A stretch of DNA of 64,000 nucleotides. It comes from Leptospiraceae bacterium (GTDB lineage: Bacteria; Spirochaetota; Leptospiria; Leptospirales; Leptospiraceae). The stretch covers positions 13,657-77,656 of the forward strand of contig JAIXRB010000082.1 of NCBI GenBank assembly GCA_027485405.1, given 5' to 3'. The notes under the pieces were generated by a model, which searched no databases, was not told the DNA's origin, and worked only from the letters and a program-made list of their open reading frames with translations. Numbering within the stretch: the first letter of the stretch is position 1; every line of letters starts with the position of its first letter. Shown piece after piece: positions 38,502 to 49,878 of this stretch. Made by a program: the position numbers and the translations under genes.

Positions 38502-40354
38502 TTCGTATTCAACATACCTTCGATGTAGTCTAGGCTTCGGATAAGCATATAATCAGGCTTGATTGCATCGTTTTCTTTTGACTTTAAGAAAGTATCTGCT
38601 TTTCCGTGTTTTTTAGCAAAGTCTTTGATCTGATCTGTATTAAACTTCGATTTGGCGACACCTTCGTGAGGAATCTTTGGTAAATGGTTCCACATGTCTT
38701 CTTCTCGAAATCGAGTTGGGAAAGTATTGTCTGGTTCTTCGGAAACTTCGATGTCGGGAGAAACACCTACCACCTGTATTGTTTTTCCAGAAGGGGAATA
38801 GTAGCGCGAGTTTGTAATCTTAATTACATAGTCTGGATTGCCAGGTAAATCCATAAGTTTTTGAACGGTTGCTTTTCCAAAACTTCTTTCACCCAAAACC
38901 ATTCCACGTCCATGGTGTTGGATAGCACTAGCTACAATCTCTGAAGCACTAGCCGACTTTGAATTGATCAGAACTACCATGGGTAGGTTGGTGATGTCTT
39001 TGATTCGAGTGTAAGCTTCTTCCGGGCTTCTGTTAGGAACCTTCGTTGAAACAATCAGTCCTTTTTCGATAAACATGTCTGCTATATCAATGGCAAGATC
39101 CAAATAACCACCTGAATTGTTTCGAAGATCTAAAATTAAAGCCTTCATTTCTTTGCCATTTGATTTGGCTTCATCTTCAAGAGCTCTCAATCCTTTTACA
39201 ATTTGGGAATCGACAGATTCTTCGCCAGGTGACTTAACAAAGCCAGATAGCTTTATAATTCCAACTTGCGGGTTTTCTTTTACTAAATGGTAACTTACAT
39301 TTTTTATAGTGATCTTGTCTCGAACAACAGTAATCTCCACGGGAGCTGTATACCCTTTTCGTTTTACTGTGAGAACGACGGGAGTTGCTTTTGGTCCTTT
39401 GATTTTTTTAACGACTGAAGATAAGGACATGTTTGCAATAGATTTTGAATCGACATGCGTAATTATGTCGCCGCTTCTTACGCCCGCTTTGACGGCCGGG
39501 CTACCTTCTAACGGGCTTTCGACGATAACGTCTTTTCTGTCCCCGCCTGAGAGAATAGCTCCGATTCCTTCAAAGGATCCATCGTTGATTTTTGCCATCG
39601 ATTCTTCCCAATGCTCTTTCATGAAAACATTAGAATGTGGATCCAGAGAATTTAAATATCCGTTTGCAGAGGCTACAAAGATTGTTTCCATTGAAAAAGG
39701 TCGCTGTTCTTCTTCCTCCTCATCGTTAGTAGCTTGAGGTTCATTGACTGGAACTTTGTAAGTGTCCATGTTTGTTTTTATAAAAGCGATAACACGGTCA
39801 AAATCTTTTTTTGTAAAATTGACTTCTTCCCATTTGGAGGAAACTACTGATTTCTTGAGTTTGTCTTTCTCAATTAACTTTTGCAATTCGGCATCGGACA
39901 GCTTTCGATTCTCCTGCACTTTTGCATTTTTTCTTTCTTTTGCTACGGCCAAATCAGGATCGAATAATACGAATTTGTCGGTGGGTGATACTTTTATAAC
40001 TTTGCCAGGCAAAATGTCTTGGGCATCTTCATATTTTTCTCTTTCATTGTAATAGCTTTCCGGCAAAAGAAACAAAGGGTGAGGCATGGACATTAAAGCA
40101 AAAACAGCGGCATCTGTAAAAGCTCGATTCTTGTTAATGTTCTTATCTATGTAGTATTTATCTACGATGCTAATCACATTTTCAAAGTCTTCGTAGGTGA
40201 AGCTTGTTATCTTTTTGGCTTTTGGAGACTTTTTTGCTTCCGGTTCACAAGACAAAATCCCGGAAAGGAGGAAAAATGCTAAAAATAGGCCGACTGTTGT
40301 TTGTAGGAATTTGCGTTTCAAGGACTGACCTGCTCGCGTTTCATTTAATTTCAT
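38498..40354 (-). CDS. ctpA: S41-family carboxy-terminal processing protease with a PDZ domain (lipoprotein)
   Basis: Lipobox [28 protein letters not shown]. Catalytic region [14 protein letters not shown] and [11 protein letters not shown]. Confidence 0.88.
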   Translation of the reverse strand: MKLNETRAGQSLKRKFLQTTVGLFLAFFLLSGILSCEPEAKKSPKAKKITSFTYEDFENVISIVDKYYIDKNINKNRAFTDAAVFALMSMPHPLFLLPESYYNEREKYEDAQDILPGKVIKVSPTDKFVLFDPDLAVAKERKNAKVQENRKLSDAELQKLIEKDKLKKSVVSSKWEEVNFTKKDFDRVIAFIKTNMDTYKVPVNEPQATNDEEEEEQRPFSMETIFVASANGYLNSLDPHSNVFMKEHWEESMAKINDGSFEGIGAILSGGDRKDVIVESPLEGSPAVKAGVRSGDIITHVDSKSIANMSLSSVVKKIKGPKATPVVLTVKRKGYTAPVEITVVRDKITIKNVSYHLVKENPQVGIIKLSGFVKSPGEESVDSQIVKGLRALEDEAKSNGKEMKALILDLRNNSGGYLDLAIDIADMFIEKGLIVSTKVPNRSPEEAYTRIKDITNLPMVVLINSKSASASEIVASAIQHHGRGMVLGERSFGKATVQKLMDLPGNPDYVIKITNSRYYSPSGKTIQVVGVSPDIEVSEEPDNTFPTRFREEDMWNHLPKIPHEGVAKSKFNTDQIKDFAKKHGKADTFLKSKENDAIKPDYMLIRSLDYIEGMLNTK

Positions 40355-40391
40355 AAAAATCCTGTTTTTCTAAGGGGGGCAACTGAAAAAA

Positions 40392-41327
40392 GTGGAAGCT
40401 GTGGTTTCCTGGAAAATTCTGATTCAATCTAGTTTCGTTTTATTGGTCAGTTTTGCAAACTGTTCTCGTCCCGCTTTGCAATCTCCAACCAAAGACCCTT
40501 ATGCTTTAGACACCTTAGTTTTTCTAGATGAAACTCTCTTGGACATTTGGGAAGGGGAATCCAACAAGGAAGAAGCACTTTCAAGGCTTCGGTATTCTTG
40601 TAGAAATGCGGACACTACCGACGGTTTCATTTGTTATTCTTGGGGATTGATTGAGTACAAACAGGGGCATTTTGAGGAAAGCTATTCAGCTTTCCAGAAA
40701 GCCCTGGAAAAAAACCCGAATGACTCCCTTTACAAAAATCTGTTAAGACTCGCCGCAATTGGATCCCGAAATTTAAACGATCTAGAAACAAAGTCAGAGG
40801 AAGGGCGAATTTTAGCTTTATACTCTCGTGCATTAGAAGACTGCGATTTTACCTCGCTCCATCAATTAGCAAAAGAAGCTTATATCAGTTTTGAACAATC
40901 CAAAAAAGGTAGAATCTCTCAATGCCTTTCAAGCTATAATGAAGAACAGCGAAACCAAATCCTAACATATCTCCAAAAAAGGAGAGAGTCTTACGCAGAT
41001 GTTTTGACAAAGGAAAAAGTAAAAAGAGATCGCTTTAGCAAAGTTTGGGATACTGAGCCCTATCATAGAGGCGCCTCTCACAATGAAGTTGTTAATTACC
41101 AAAAGCCTGTTTCAGAAGCTTGGCGGAAATTTCGTGAAGCCGCAATCAACAGCAGGGAGCCAGAAGCTAGAAAAGCATTTTCAAACTTCTATTCTGAAAT
41201 CCAAACATACAAAAAAAAAGGAAAAGAAGAAGCAATCCTTGCAACTGCGCTAGAAAGATCAGCAAAGCTTTTGATAGAGCAAGATCCAACCTATAAAAAT
41301 GTTAGGTTTCTTTCGAAAGAATTCTAA
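40392..41327 (+). CDS. hypothetical lipoprotein with a TPR-like segment
   Basis: GTG start. Signal plus lipobox LLVSFANC. The [30 protein letters not shown] unit is TPR-like. Confidence 0.55.
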   Translation: MEAVVSWKILIQSSFVLLVSFANCSRPALQSPTKDPYALDTLVFLDETLLDIWEGESNKEEALSRLRYSCRNADTTDGFICYSWGLIEYKQGHFEESYSAFQKALEKNPNDSLYKNLLRLAAIGSRNLNDLETKSEEGRILALYSRALEDCDFTSLHQLAKEAYISFEQSKKGRISQCLSSYNEEQRNQILTYLQKRRESYADVLTKEKVKRDRFSKVWDTEPYHRGASHNEVVNYQKPVSEAWRKFREAAINSREPEARKAFSNFYSEIQTYKKKGKEEAILATALERSAKLLIEQDPTYKNVRFLSKEF

Positions 41328-42063
41328 GATATTTAACAACTGTTTTCGGCATTCCAATCAGTAAGGCTTCCGTTACAAGTCGATGACCAATTGAAACTTC
41401 TGCTAAATGAGGAAGAGAACTAAATACCTTTAGGTTTTCTGAATCCAGATCGTGACCAGCGTTTATCCCAAGACCTAATTCATTGGCTTCCAGTGCCGCT
41501 TTACGAAATTCTCTGAAAATAATCTCACCTTGTTTTGGCGAAGAATCAAAGGCATGGGCAAATGGTCCCGTGTAGAGTTCAATGCGATCGGCCCCAATTT
41601 CTTTTACAGTTTTGTAAAGGGAAACAGTAGTATCCATAAACAAGGAAGTTCGGATTTTTGCTTTTCGAAACTCTTTTAACATGGATTGCAGAGTAGACTT
41701 CTCTTGAGAGTCCTGGAAAGAAAAACCATGGTCTGAAGTAATCTCTCCAGGTGTCACGGGCACTAATGTCACTTGATCGGGTTTTGTTGCGAGCACAAGA
41801 TCCAAAAACCGAGAGCTTGGCTCTCCTTCGATATTAAATTCCCGAGGAAAAGTTGCTCCTTTATTGTAGTTTTTCAAAAAGTCTTTTAATTGAAAAACAT
41901 CTTGTTTGGTGATATGTCTTTCATCCTCTCTAGGGTGAACTGTGATTCCTTGAGCCCCTGCATCTAAGATAATTTTAGCAAAAACGAGAAGATCTGGTAT
42001 ATTCTGACCTCTTGAATTGCGTAAGGTCGCGATTTTATTGATATTGACACTGAGTTTTGGCAT
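41302..42063 (-). CDS. pdxJ: pyridoxine 5'-phosphate synthase
   Basis: [16 protein letters not shown] at the N-terminus, plus [19 protein letters not shown] and EVSIGH motifs. Confidence 0.92.
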   Translation of the reverse strand: MPKLSVNINKIATLRNSRGQNIPDLLVFAKIILDAGAQGITVHPREDERHITKQDVFQLKDFLKNYNKGATFPREFNIEGEPSSRFLDLVLATKPDQVTLVPVTPGEITSDHGFSFQDSQEKSTLQSMLKEFRKAKIRTSLFMDTTVSLYKTVKEIGADRIELYTGPFAHAFDSSPKQGEIIFREFRKAALEANELGLGINAGHDLDSENLKVFSSLPHLAEVSIGHRLVTEALLIGMPKTVVKYLRILSKET

Positions 42064-42164
42064 AAAAATTCTCTTTTCAAAATTTTACAGAGGCAAGAAA
42101 AACGTCAAATTCCAAAAAGGTTATTTCTAATCCTAAACCCTAAGGTTTGAACCCAAGAATTGAT

Positions 42165-42824
42165 ATGGTAGCTAAGAAAGCAGTTAAGAAACAAGCCCCT
42201 CCTCCAAAAAAGAAGGCATCACCCCCAGCCAAAAAGGTTGGATCTATTTCAACCCCGAAGCCAGCCCCAAAAAAGGTAGTGCCAGCTCCAGCTTCGACTG
42301 CACCCAAGACTGCTCCAAAAAAAAATAATCCCCCAGAGACAAAAACTCAAGCACCAGTTAAAGTAAACGCTCCAGTCAAAACTTCTACACCTGCGAAAAC
42401 AACTTTGCCTGCCGCGAAATCAGTCCCCGCAAAAACTCCTCCTTCCAAAGGAGTCCCAGTTAAGGCTCCTATCCAACCGATCAGATCCAATTCGACAAAG
42501 ATCGTTCCACCAAAGCCAATCATTAGCTCTGCAACTCAGGTAAAAATTGCACCTAACCCTTTGGGCAAAAAATTCACTTGCTATTCTTGTTCAACAAAGT
42601 TCTACGATTTAAACAAAGTAGATAAGATCTGCCCAAAATGTGGTGCAGATCAATTGTCTAAGCCAGCTACAAAATCGAGACAAGCGGCATTGAAACACAG
42701 CGAATACGAAGTAGATGAAGAAGAAGAAGCAGTTATCGAAGAAACAGATGACATTCCAGAAGATGCCGAAGAAATCGAAGTAGAAGAAGAGGAAGAGGAG
42801 GTCACACCAGAGGAAGAAGAATGA
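42165..42824 (+). CDS. FYDLN_acid (TIGR02300-like) zinc-ribbon protein with a long Lys/Pro/Ala-rich N-terminal arm and an acidic tail
   Basis: [24 protein letters not shown] core. About 135 aa of PAKK/APKK-type basic low-complexity sequence precede it, and EEEEEV-type acidic sequence follows. I prefer the ATG at 42165 to the TTG at 42147. Confidence 0.75.
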   Translation: MVAKKAVKKQAPPPKKKASPPAKKVGSISTPKPAPKKVVPAPASTAPKTAPKKNNPPETKTQAPVKVNAPVKTSTPAKTTLPAAKSVPAKTPPSKGVPVKAPIQPIRSNSTKIVPPKPIISSATQVKIAPNPLGKKFTCYSCSTKFYDLNKVDKICPKCGADQLSKPATKSRQAALKHSEYEVDEEEEAVIEETDDIPEDAEEIEVEEEEEEVTPEEEE

Positions 42825-43726
42825 CCCTTGGGTCGACTTTCCGGTATGTCATCCTAGCCGGACCTACGGGTTCCGGCAAAACCTCTCTTGTTTGCCAGCT
42901 AGACCCAGAACGATTTGAAGTTGTTTCTTTTGATTCGAGACAAGTTTTTTCAGATTTGTCCATTGGAACCACCGCTCCTACTAAAGAAGAAAGGCAAAAA
43001 ATTTCACACCACCTCGTTTCTTTTCTTCCTCCAAACGAGACGTTAAATGCAAAAGCCTTTGTTGACAAGGCAAGGGAATCTGTCCTTCAAATCATCGAAA
43101 AAAATAAAATCCCTATTTTGGTTGCAGGCACTGGGTTTTATCTTAGAGCTTTTCTCCAAGGGATGTTTCCTGTTCCCGACATAACTGCCGCCATTCGAAA
43201 TGAAGTTCTAGAAATGAATTCTAAAACTGCCTCTGCTTTACTCAAAGACAAAGACCCAAAAGCCTGGCAGGCATTGAACCCAGAGGATATATATCGAATC
43301 AAAAGAGCCTTAGAGGTAGTTCTCTCTGGATTTCTTTGGTCTGAAGTTAGCCAAACAACTGTGGGAGGATTTAGAAGAGAGTTTCCAAAAGCTTCATTCT
43401 CTGGCTGGTTTCTAAACCTACCAAGATCAGAACTCTATGAAAAAATCAATCGGAGAGCCAAAGAATTGATTGAAGAGGGAATGATCGAGGAAACTAAACG
43501 AGTTTCAAACCAGTTTGGAGAACAATGCTATGGATTGAAATCTTTAGGATACAATTTTGCGCTTGCCTTCTTGAAAGGTGAGATTGACGGTAAGAATTTC
43601 CTAGACTCTCTGGCGCAAAGTCATAGAAATTATGCAAAAAGACAGGTTACTTGGTTCCGAAAAGAAACCTATTTGCTACCTATTTCGAAAGAAAAAGCCA
43701 TAGAAGAATTTAGAAAAATAGACTAA
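42821..43726 (+). CDS. miaA: tRNA dimethylallyltransferase
   Basis: P-loop [12 protein letters not shown], plus [15 protein letters not shown] and [13 protein letters not shown] overlap with the upstream stop. Confidence 0.92.
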   Translation: MTLGSTFRYVILAGPTGSGKTSLVCQLDPERFEVVSFDSRQVFSDLSIGTTAPTKEERQKISHHLVSFLPPNETLNAKAFVDKARESVLQIIEKNKIPILVAGTGFYLRAFLQGMFPVPDITAAIRNEVLEMNSKTASALLKDKDPKAWQALNPEDIYRIKRALEVVLSGFLWSEVSQTTVGGFRREFPKASFSGWFLNLPRSELYEKINRRAKELIEEGMIEETKRVSNQFGEQCYGLKSLGYNFALAFLKGEIDGKNFLDSLAQSHRNYAKRQVTWFRKETYLLPISKEKAIEEFRKID

Positions 43727-43748
43727 GAAAATACAGAAAGAAAAAAAT

Positions 43749-44003
43749 ATGTCTGCAAAAAACAATATCCAAGACCAGCTTCTGAATACAGCACGAAAAG
43801 ATAAAATCGACCTCACCATTTATTTGCTAAATGGAGTTCCATTGAAAGGGAAAGTTGTTAGCTTTGATAATTTTACCATTATTCTGGAAAACGAGAGTAA
43901 ACAAAACTTAGTTTACAAACATGCAATTTCTACAATCATCCCTGCAAAACCAATCAAATTGCATACTGAAGAAATCGCTAAAGAAACACCTTCGGTTAGC
44001 TAA
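43749..44003 (+). CDS. hfq: RNA chaperone Hfq
   Basis: Sm1/Sm2 motifs: [41 protein letters not shown]...[12 protein letters not shown]. Confidence 0.95.
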   Translation: MSAKNNIQDQLLNTARKDKIDLTIYLLNGVPLKGKVVSFDNFTIILENESKQNLVYKHAISTIIPAKPIKLHTEEIAKETPSVS

Positions 44004-45071
44004 ATGAAACAGCCATCAGAACTTCCTGTAGTTTTGATTATGGCTGGCGGAAAAGGTGAGAGATTCTGGCCTCGTTCGCGAACGCATTCTCCAAAACAAC
44101 TCCAAAAGGTTTATTCAAACAAAACCCTCTTAAAGGAAACGATTGATCGGGCTTTGAGTATTACTGCCCTGGAACGAATTTTTATTGGAACCAATTCCAG
44201 TTTGAAAAATGAGATCCTAAAAAAAGATCCAAGTTTTCCATCTGGGAATTTTATCTTAGAGCCAGAAGGCAAAAACACTGCCCCGATCATTGCCCTTTCA
44301 GCTCTTTATTTTCAAAAGAAATATGGAAACGCAAATCTCGTGGTTCTCTCTGCAGATGCGTATATTGATCCAGTTAAAGAGTTTGCAAAGACAATCAAAC
44401 TGGCACTCCAAGAGACTGACAGAGGAATGGTTTTATTAGGTGTTAAACCAAATCGACCAGAAACTGGGTATGGGTATATTTCAGCAGGAAAAGCAACTCA
44501 AGCTGGTTATGAGGTAAAAGGTTTTTTTGAAAAACCAGATCACAAAACATCTTTAAAATATATCCGAAAGAAAAATTTTTTTTGGAATCCAGGCATTTTT
44601 CTATTTCGAACCGAAACCATTTTAGAAGAATTCGATCGTTACGCTCCTTCCATATTGCGACCGCTAAAGGAAAGATTCCCGTTTAAGTCCTTTGGTGATT
44701 TAGCTACTGCTTTTTCTTTGATTCCGAGTGAAGCAATCGACACAGCAATCTTCGAAAAATCCAATCGAATTAGAATGGTTCCCGCAAGTTTTCAGTGGGA
44801 TGATGTTGGATCTTGGTTGGCATTAGAGCGAATTTTGCCAGCAGACGAAAACCAAAACCATCACCAAGGCAAAGCCGCATTCTACATGAAAAGCAAAGGC
44901 AATGTTTCTTCCGTTGATAAAGAGCTTATCGCTTTTCTGGGTGTTGAAAACCTCGTTGTAGTGGAAGAAAAAGACGTTTTGCTAGTTGCATCGAAAGATG
45001 GCCTAGGAGATATCAAAGCGATGCTCAGTTTAATCCGAAAAAATAAGATTTTACAAAAGTATCTCGATTAG
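44004..45071 (+). CDS. manC: mannose-1-phosphate guanylyltransferase (nucleotidyltransferase domain only)
   Basis: [14 protein letters not shown] (GGxGxRLWPLSR-type), plus [25 protein letters not shown] and WDDVGSW. Confidence 0.85.
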   Translation: MKQPSELPVVLIMAGGKGERFWPRSRTHSPKQLQKVYSNKTLLKETIDRALSITALERIFIGTNSSLKNEILKKDPSFPSGNFILEPEGKNTAPIIALSALYFQKKYGNANLVVLSADAYIDPVKEFAKTIKLALQETDRGMVLLGVKPNRPETGYGYISAGKATQAGYEVKGFFEKPDHKTSLKYIRKKNFFWNPGIFLFRTETILEEFDRYAPSILRPLKERFPFKSFGDLATAFSLIPSEAIDTAIFEKSNRIRMVPASFQWDDVGSWLALERILPADENQNHHQGKAAFYMKSKGNVSSVDKELIAFLGVENLVVVEEKDVLLVASKDGLGDIKAMLSLIRKNKILQKYLD

Positions 45072-45106
45072 AATTTTGACTAGATACACTAAATTAGGAG
45101 GAAGGA

Positions 45107-45196
45107 ATGCCTTCCGGAAAGAAGAGAAAGCGAAGAAAAATCGCAACCCACAAACGAAAGAAAAAACGAAGAGCCAATCGTCACAAAAAGAAATAG
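45107..45196 (+). CDS. 29-aa Lys/Arg-rich protein, bS22/AURKAIP1-COX24-like (absent from the ORF track because it is under 60 aa)
   Basis: ATG preceded by AGGAGG (45096-45101) with a 5-nt spacer. Translation is MPSGKKRKRRKIATHKRKKKRRANRHKKK followed by TAG. Confidence 0.7.
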   Translation: MPSGKKRKRRKIATHKRKKKRRANRHKKK

Positions 45197-45261
45197 TAAT
45201 TCTGTAAAAGAAATCCTCTTTCTGTATTCAGAGACATAACGTTTCCTCCGATACTAGTTCT

Positions 45262-45972
45262 ATGAAACGAACTTGGAGGAAACAAAAGCCCCGAATCCCT
45301 GGTTTCGTCAGATCGTATTTCTGCGAAACACCTCTTGGAGACAAACTGGAAGCCGACTTTAACTTTCATGAAAAGTTAGTTCGTTTAACTGTTGAAATTC
45401 GAGAGGAAAAGAATCGGACGTATTCCTCCACTATTCAGGATGGGTTGGTCTTAGCCGAAAAGGACGTGACCTCTGGCAGAGCTTACCCGGTTTTCCGAAA
45501 GATTTGGCCCTTTCGGGAACATTTTTCCGATCTACCTGATCCGGATTTGATCATTGCAATTGGTGGATGCTACGACATTTTTCCTTTATTTGATCCAGAA
45601 GCCTACCGCCGCATTTCTGAGCGAAAATTTAGTCGCTACGGTTCTGTTTTTGGGGTCAAGAGAGAAGGCTTTTGGGCGCGTTTCTGGCGAGAAAGAAGAG
45701 AGGCCAGGGAAGTCCGAGGATCGCTCTGGCAAAGATTCAAGAGGCGCTTCTGGGGTGATTTACAGGACATTACAGTTGGCACCCTAGCTTGCTTTGCCAT
45801 TTATCATTTTTATTATGATTTTGTGTTTTTAGGATTGTCTTTAGCGACAACTGGAATGGTAGCAGGAATAATGGACTTTATCGTGAGAAAACGCTCTATT
45901 TTAATGACAAAAGTGTTGTCTTTTCTTTCTTTAGGATCATATTTTTTCTATAACGGCTATACGAGATTCTGA
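45262..45972 (+). CDS. hypothetical protein with an Arg/Trp-rich segment and C-terminal TM helices
   Basis: 236-aa [31 protein letters not shown] is followed by 2-3 hydrophobic helices. No known motif. Confidence 0.5.
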   Translation: MKRTWRKQKPRIPGFVRSYFCETPLGDKLEADFNFHEKLVRLTVEIREEKNRTYSSTIQDGLVLAEKDVTSGRAYPVFRKIWPFREHFSDLPDPDLIIAIGGCYDIFPLFDPEAYRRISERKFSRYGSVFGVKREGFWARFWRERREAREVRGSLWQRFKRRFWGDLQDITVGTLACFAIYHFYYDFVFLGLSLATTGMVAGIMDFIVRKRSILMTKVLSFLSLGSYFFYNGYTRF

Positions 45973-45982
45973 GAGAAGCCCC

Positions 45983-46462
45983 ATGGCAAAAGAAGTCGCC
46001 AACACTAACCAACTGATCCAAGAACAATATATCATTTTTAATCTCGGTGAGGAAGAGTATGCCCTACCTATCACCATTGTCGAAGAAATTGTTAAAATCA
46101 AAAACCTAATCAGAGTTCCACAATCCAAAACCTATTTTGCAGGAATTATGGACATCCGCGGGAAGGTTGTTCGAATGATAGACCTCGCCAAACGCTTGAA
46201 CATAAAAACAGCAACAACTGTCATCGGCGAAAGAGCTATTGTTATCAACTTAGGCGGAAAATCAGTAGGTATCATTGTAGATAGGGTTTCACATGTTGTC
46301 CACTTTCCAGCGAACGTCATTGATCCTCCCCCACCATCAGTTAAGGGAATTTCGTCGCGTTACATCACTGGCGTTGGGAAAAAAGACAATCGATTTATCA
46401 TTTTGATCGACGTAGAAAAAATCCTAAACCTGGAAGAAATCTCAGAACTCCCTGTAAGCTAA
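45983..46462 (+). CDS. cheW: chemotaxis coupling protein CheW
   Basis: 159 aa. [41 protein letters not shown] and [10 protein letters not shown] are typical of the CheW domain. Confidence 0.88.
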   Translation: MAKEVANTNQLIQEQYIIFNLGEEEYALPITIVEEIVKIKNLIRVPQSKTYFAGIMDIRGKVVRMIDLAKRLNIKTATTVIGERAIVINLGGKSVGIIVDRVSHVVHFPANVIDPPPPSVKGISSRYITGVGKKDNRFIILIDVEKILNLEEISELPVS

Positions 46463-47175
46463 TGATTATTTCCAAATTCTATTATTTGAGAAAAAATCTA
46501 TATTCGATGGCAGAAATGGTGTTGGAACAAGCCTTACTGTTAAGTGATGCCTTAGAAGAAGATAATTACGAGCTTGCCTCTAAAATAGTTGAAAAAGATG
46601 ACTTCATAGACGAACTCGAAAAAGAAAATGATAACCTAAGTCAAAACGCAATCCTTGAGGCCATCACCAATCGAAACATTTTGGGAATGGGTGAAGTTGA
46701 CAGCGATATAGTTTTAAAAAAAGATCCACTTCGATTTGCACTCAGTGCCATTCGAATCACTAGAAACATGGAACGAATGGGAGACCAAGTGGTCAACTGT
46801 GCTGAAGTTTTTAGATACGGAACGATCCGAAAAGGTCTGTTTAAACAAGAAGCGCCAATGACCTTGATTCTTTCTAGGGTCACAACCTTAGTTGGAATGG
46901 CCGTCGAATCTTTGGTGGAAGAAAAAGAAAGATTTATGGGCAGTGTCAATACCTTGGAAGAAGAGTTAAACGAACTTTGCAATGAAGCCTTTAGAAAGTA
47001 TCGTGAGCTTCCGGGTATGGATAAAATTGAGTTTGCAGATATCTACCGAATCATTTTGGCAATGGAGAGAATGGGAGACTATGCTGTCAACGTTGCAGAA
47101 GAATTAGTTCGATTGAATACTGGAAAAGACATTAGGCATCTAGAACACATTGCACTTAGGAAGAGCTACGATTAG
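46462..47175 (+). CDS. PhoU-family protein (two PhoU repeats)
   Basis: Two repeats with [17 protein letters not shown] and [17 protein letters not shown]. 1-nt overlap with the cheW stop (TAATG). Confidence 0.85.
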   Translation: MIISKFYYLRKNLYSMAEMVLEQALLLSDALEEDNYELASKIVEKDDFIDELEKENDNLSQNAILEAITNRNILGMGEVDSDIVLKKDPLRFALSAIRITRNMERMGDQVVNCAEVFRYGTIRKGLFKQEAPMTLILSRVTTLVGMAVESLVEEKERFMGSVNTLEEELNELCNEAFRKYRELPGMDKIEFADIYRIILAMERMGDYAVNVAEELVRLNTGKDIRHLEHIALRKSYD

Positions 47176-47833
47176 CTCCCATGTAAGCATGCAATTCTTG
47201 CTGAAGACCTTCTGGTAAATCAAGACCTCTAGCCCTTATTCTCTCATTGTATTTGTTAAATGATAGCCTATGTTGATTGGTTGAAAGATAGCCTTCTAAA
47301 GCTTCACCGGCCCAAGGTATAATTTCTTTAATAAACTGAGGGCTTTCTTCTAAAGCATCGCAATAAGAAATGAACAAAGGTCTGTTAACAGGTCTGCCAA
47401 TGTTTCGATAGAAAAGTAAGCAATACAAAGTTTCGTCGCCTAAAATTTCGTTGGTTCTGATTTTTTCTTCAACATAGCGCAAGTTTATGTTGTCCAGATA
47501 CTCAATTTGGATGGTTTCTGGGGAAAGTCGCTTTGATACCGACTTTGAAATCTCATTTTTAATAAATTGAAGATTGGGACAATGATTTGGGCAACTACCT
47601 TCTGTCTTATGCAAATCGCATTCATGAAACAATATACAATCAGCGTCACTGGAAGGTTCTACAATGCCAAAGTTGATGGATCCAAGAGCTTCTAAGGCTA
47701 CTTCGTATCCTTTTCTGGATAGGTCTTGAGTCGCCAATCGAAATGCTTGCACTCTTCTCAGAGCATGCTTTGTATCATAATTGCGGTATTTGTTTTTTAG
47801 AACCAAATACCTCTCTACTAAGTTCTTGCCCAT
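47156..47833 (-). CDS. hypothetical protein with a Pol-beta-like nucleotidyltransferase signature
   Basis: [20 protein letters not shown] fits hG[GS]-x10-D-x-D. A later IEYLD could supply the third carboxylate. It carries a Cys cluster [14 protein letters not shown]. 225 aa. Confidence 0.5.
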   Translation of the reverse strand: MGKNLVERYLVLKNKYRNYDTKHALRRVQAFRLATQDLSRKGYEVALEALGSINFGIVEPSSDADCILFHECDLHKTEGSCPNHCPNLQFIKNEISKSVSKRLSPETIQIEYLDNINLRYVEEKIRTNEILGDETLYCLLFYRNIGRPVNRPLFISYCDALEESPQFIKEIIPWAGEALEGYLSTNQHRLSFNKYNERIRARGLDLPEGLQQELHAYMGANRSSS

Positions 47834-47916
47834 GCTCGATATTTTTACATTCCCACATATAGAAACTCAATCTCTTTTCAAATCAGCAATCTAGAAATTT
47901 TGTCGATATATACACT

Positions 47917-49878
47917 GTGAGCTCGCAAAAAGGATGGTTTTTCTGGTTTTTTATCTTTTGGGCGTTCTCCCTTTTTGCCGGGGAAGAAGACGATAGAAAT
48001 CGAATCAAAGACCTCTATTTAACTCCCCTAGAGGTAATTTTGCCAGCAGAAGTCCTTGCCCTGGATTCAGAGGAAAGGCTCTTTATTGATCCAGATACTG
48101 GCGTCGCTCTGAGGGAAAAGCCCAACCGACCGCCCGAAATTGGATCCGAAGAACCGGTCGCCACGGGACCCAAGTCAGCGGAAACTAAAGTTAAAGAAGC
48201 AGAAGGTCTTTTAAAGCGATACTATTCTCAGTTCATAGATGAAAAAAGAATTTGGGAAGAGCGAGAACGCGGTAGCATCTACTCTTCCAGAACGGAACAG
48301 AACGACATTCGCCTATTGTTGTTTGAAACCACTCATCGAAACTCAGAAACGCTTTTGGTCAAAGAGTCTCCAATTCTGTACGAATTGCACATACGACTAG
48401 CTCGGCTCTATTCAGAACTAGACAAACCTGCTATTGCAATTCGACATTTTATTGGTGCCTATCGATACAGAAGCCTAGCCACGACTGACGAATTTTATAG
48501 ATCGCCTACATGGCAAAAAGAAGATTTTAGGAATCAATTTGTGACTGGTGCAAAGTCCCATCAACAAGCATTTGATGAAAAGAAGGAAGCCCAAGCTCAG
48601 TTAAAAGTTGCAAAAGATAAAGTCCACATTTTAGAAGCGGAAGCAATTCGTTCAGGAAAATCTGTGAGCGATGTTCAAGGTTCAGTTGCAGCACAACTCC
48701 AAGTTATAGAACAGAAAAAGAAGATTCTTGAAAAAGCAGAAGAGCAATTTGCCAAATCAGAATCTGAAAACTATCTCAACTATCAAAAAACCAAACAAAT
48801 CGAAGATTCAAAGAATTTCTTTGAAATGGCTAAAATGATAAAAAAGATAGAAGATGAGAACAAAGAAAGACTCAAAATTATAAATAAACTGAGCGTAGCT
48901 GGAAAGGGAATCTTTGTTCTGTTTGATTACAAAAAGAATCGCGATTTCTTTGCTTACGAGTTGTTTCTAGAAAAATCCTACTCTCTTTGGAACGAAAACA
49001 TAGATGCCATCCAAGAGGTTTCCGAAAGACTTAGAATTGATGGAAGAAAAGAAAAAGCAATAGACTTTTATGAAAAATATATCAAACTTCTAGAGGCAAA
49101 AACTGACACCTCGGAAGAAGGTTCTAAAAAACTCTCTATTGCTTATTTTCGATTAGCATCTCTTCACGCAGACAGCAAACGATACATTGTAGCTGGCAAT
49201 AACTATGAGAAGTTTTATGCAATAGCACCAGAAGATTCTTTAAAAACCAAAGTTTCATTTGAAATGGGAAACTATTTTTTAAATACATTAGGTGATCCAA
49301 AGAAAGCGGCTGTTTTCTATGAGTATTGGCTAGAAAGAAATAGCAAAGATTGGAATCCATCCATAGACCTGAGAAAAAATAGCTCTGATTTAGAAGCGAT
49401 TGCTTTCCTTGGACTTTCAAAACTGGATCGAGTCAACCGCAGTCCAGATGCCGAAAAAAGCAAACTTTTGTTATCTTTAAAAAACTATAAAGATTTAGAA
49501 TTAGAAAGGAATGCCGCCGAGAAGAAGGTTTTCGAACTTAAAGAAAAGCGTTTGAAAATCAAACGAGAATTGATCACAACCACGCAAGATGAAGCCTTGT
49601 CACAATTTCGAATTCTAGAGATTAAGATTGAAGACCAAGAATCGGAGTTAAGAGGTTTGGAATCTAAGCTTCTTTCTATCCCTATTTCAAAAATTCTTTT
49701 TCGTTTAGCAGTGTTGTCTGAATATCAAAGAGACTTTAACAATGCCTTGGTCTACTATGATTCTGTAATTGAGAAAGGTATCGAAACGGATATTGACCTA
49801 GCAATGCGAGAAAAGAAAAGAGTTCGTAGAATTTTAGAAACGGGGAAAATGATTCCTCCCCTTAGCGCGAGTATTTAA
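47917..49878 (+). CDS. hypothetical secreted coiled-coil/TPR-like protein
   Basis: GTG start, an N-terminal hydrophobic signal WFFWFFIFWAFSLFA, and long Lys/Glu-rich helical segments. No catalytic motif. Confidence 0.55.
   Translation: MSSQKGWFFWFFIFWAFSLFAGEEDDRNRIKDLYLTPLEVILPAEVLALDSEERLFIDPDTGVALREKPNRPPEIGSEEPVATGPKSAETKVKEAEGLLKRYYSQFIDEKRIWEERERGSIYSSRTEQNDIRLLLFETTHRNSETLLVKESPILYELHIRLARLYSELDKPAIAIRHFIGAYRYRSLATTDEFYRSPTWQKEDFRNQFVTGAKSHQQAFDEKKEAQAQLKVAKDKVHILEAEAIRSGKSVSDVQGSVAAQLQVIEQKKKILEKAEEQFAKSESENYLNYQKTKQIEDSKNFFEMAKMIKKIEDENKERLKIINKLSVAGKGIFVLFDYKKNRDFFAYELFLEKSYSLWNENIDAIQEVSERLRIDGRKEKAIDFYEKYIKLLEAKTDTSEEGSKKLSIAYFRLASLHADSKRYIVAGNNYEKFYAIAPEDSLKTKVSFEMGNYFLNTLGDPKKAAVFYEYWLERNSKDWNPSIDLRKNSSDLEAIAFLGLSKLDRVNRSPDAEKSKLLLSLKNYKDLELERNAAEKKVFELKEKRLKIKRELITTTQDEALSQFRILEIKIEDQESELRGLESKLLSIPISKILFRLAVLSEYQRDFNNALVYYDSVIEKGIETDIDLAMREKKRVRRILETGKMIPPLSASI

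Noticed and set aside
42180-42570. Possible DNA-level tandem repeat array in the Lys/Pro/Ala-rich region of the FYDLN gene.
   Set aside because: The repetition is compositional (cca/aaa/gct-rich codons) with no regular unit that I could phase. I treat it as low-complexity coding sequence rather than a repeat element.
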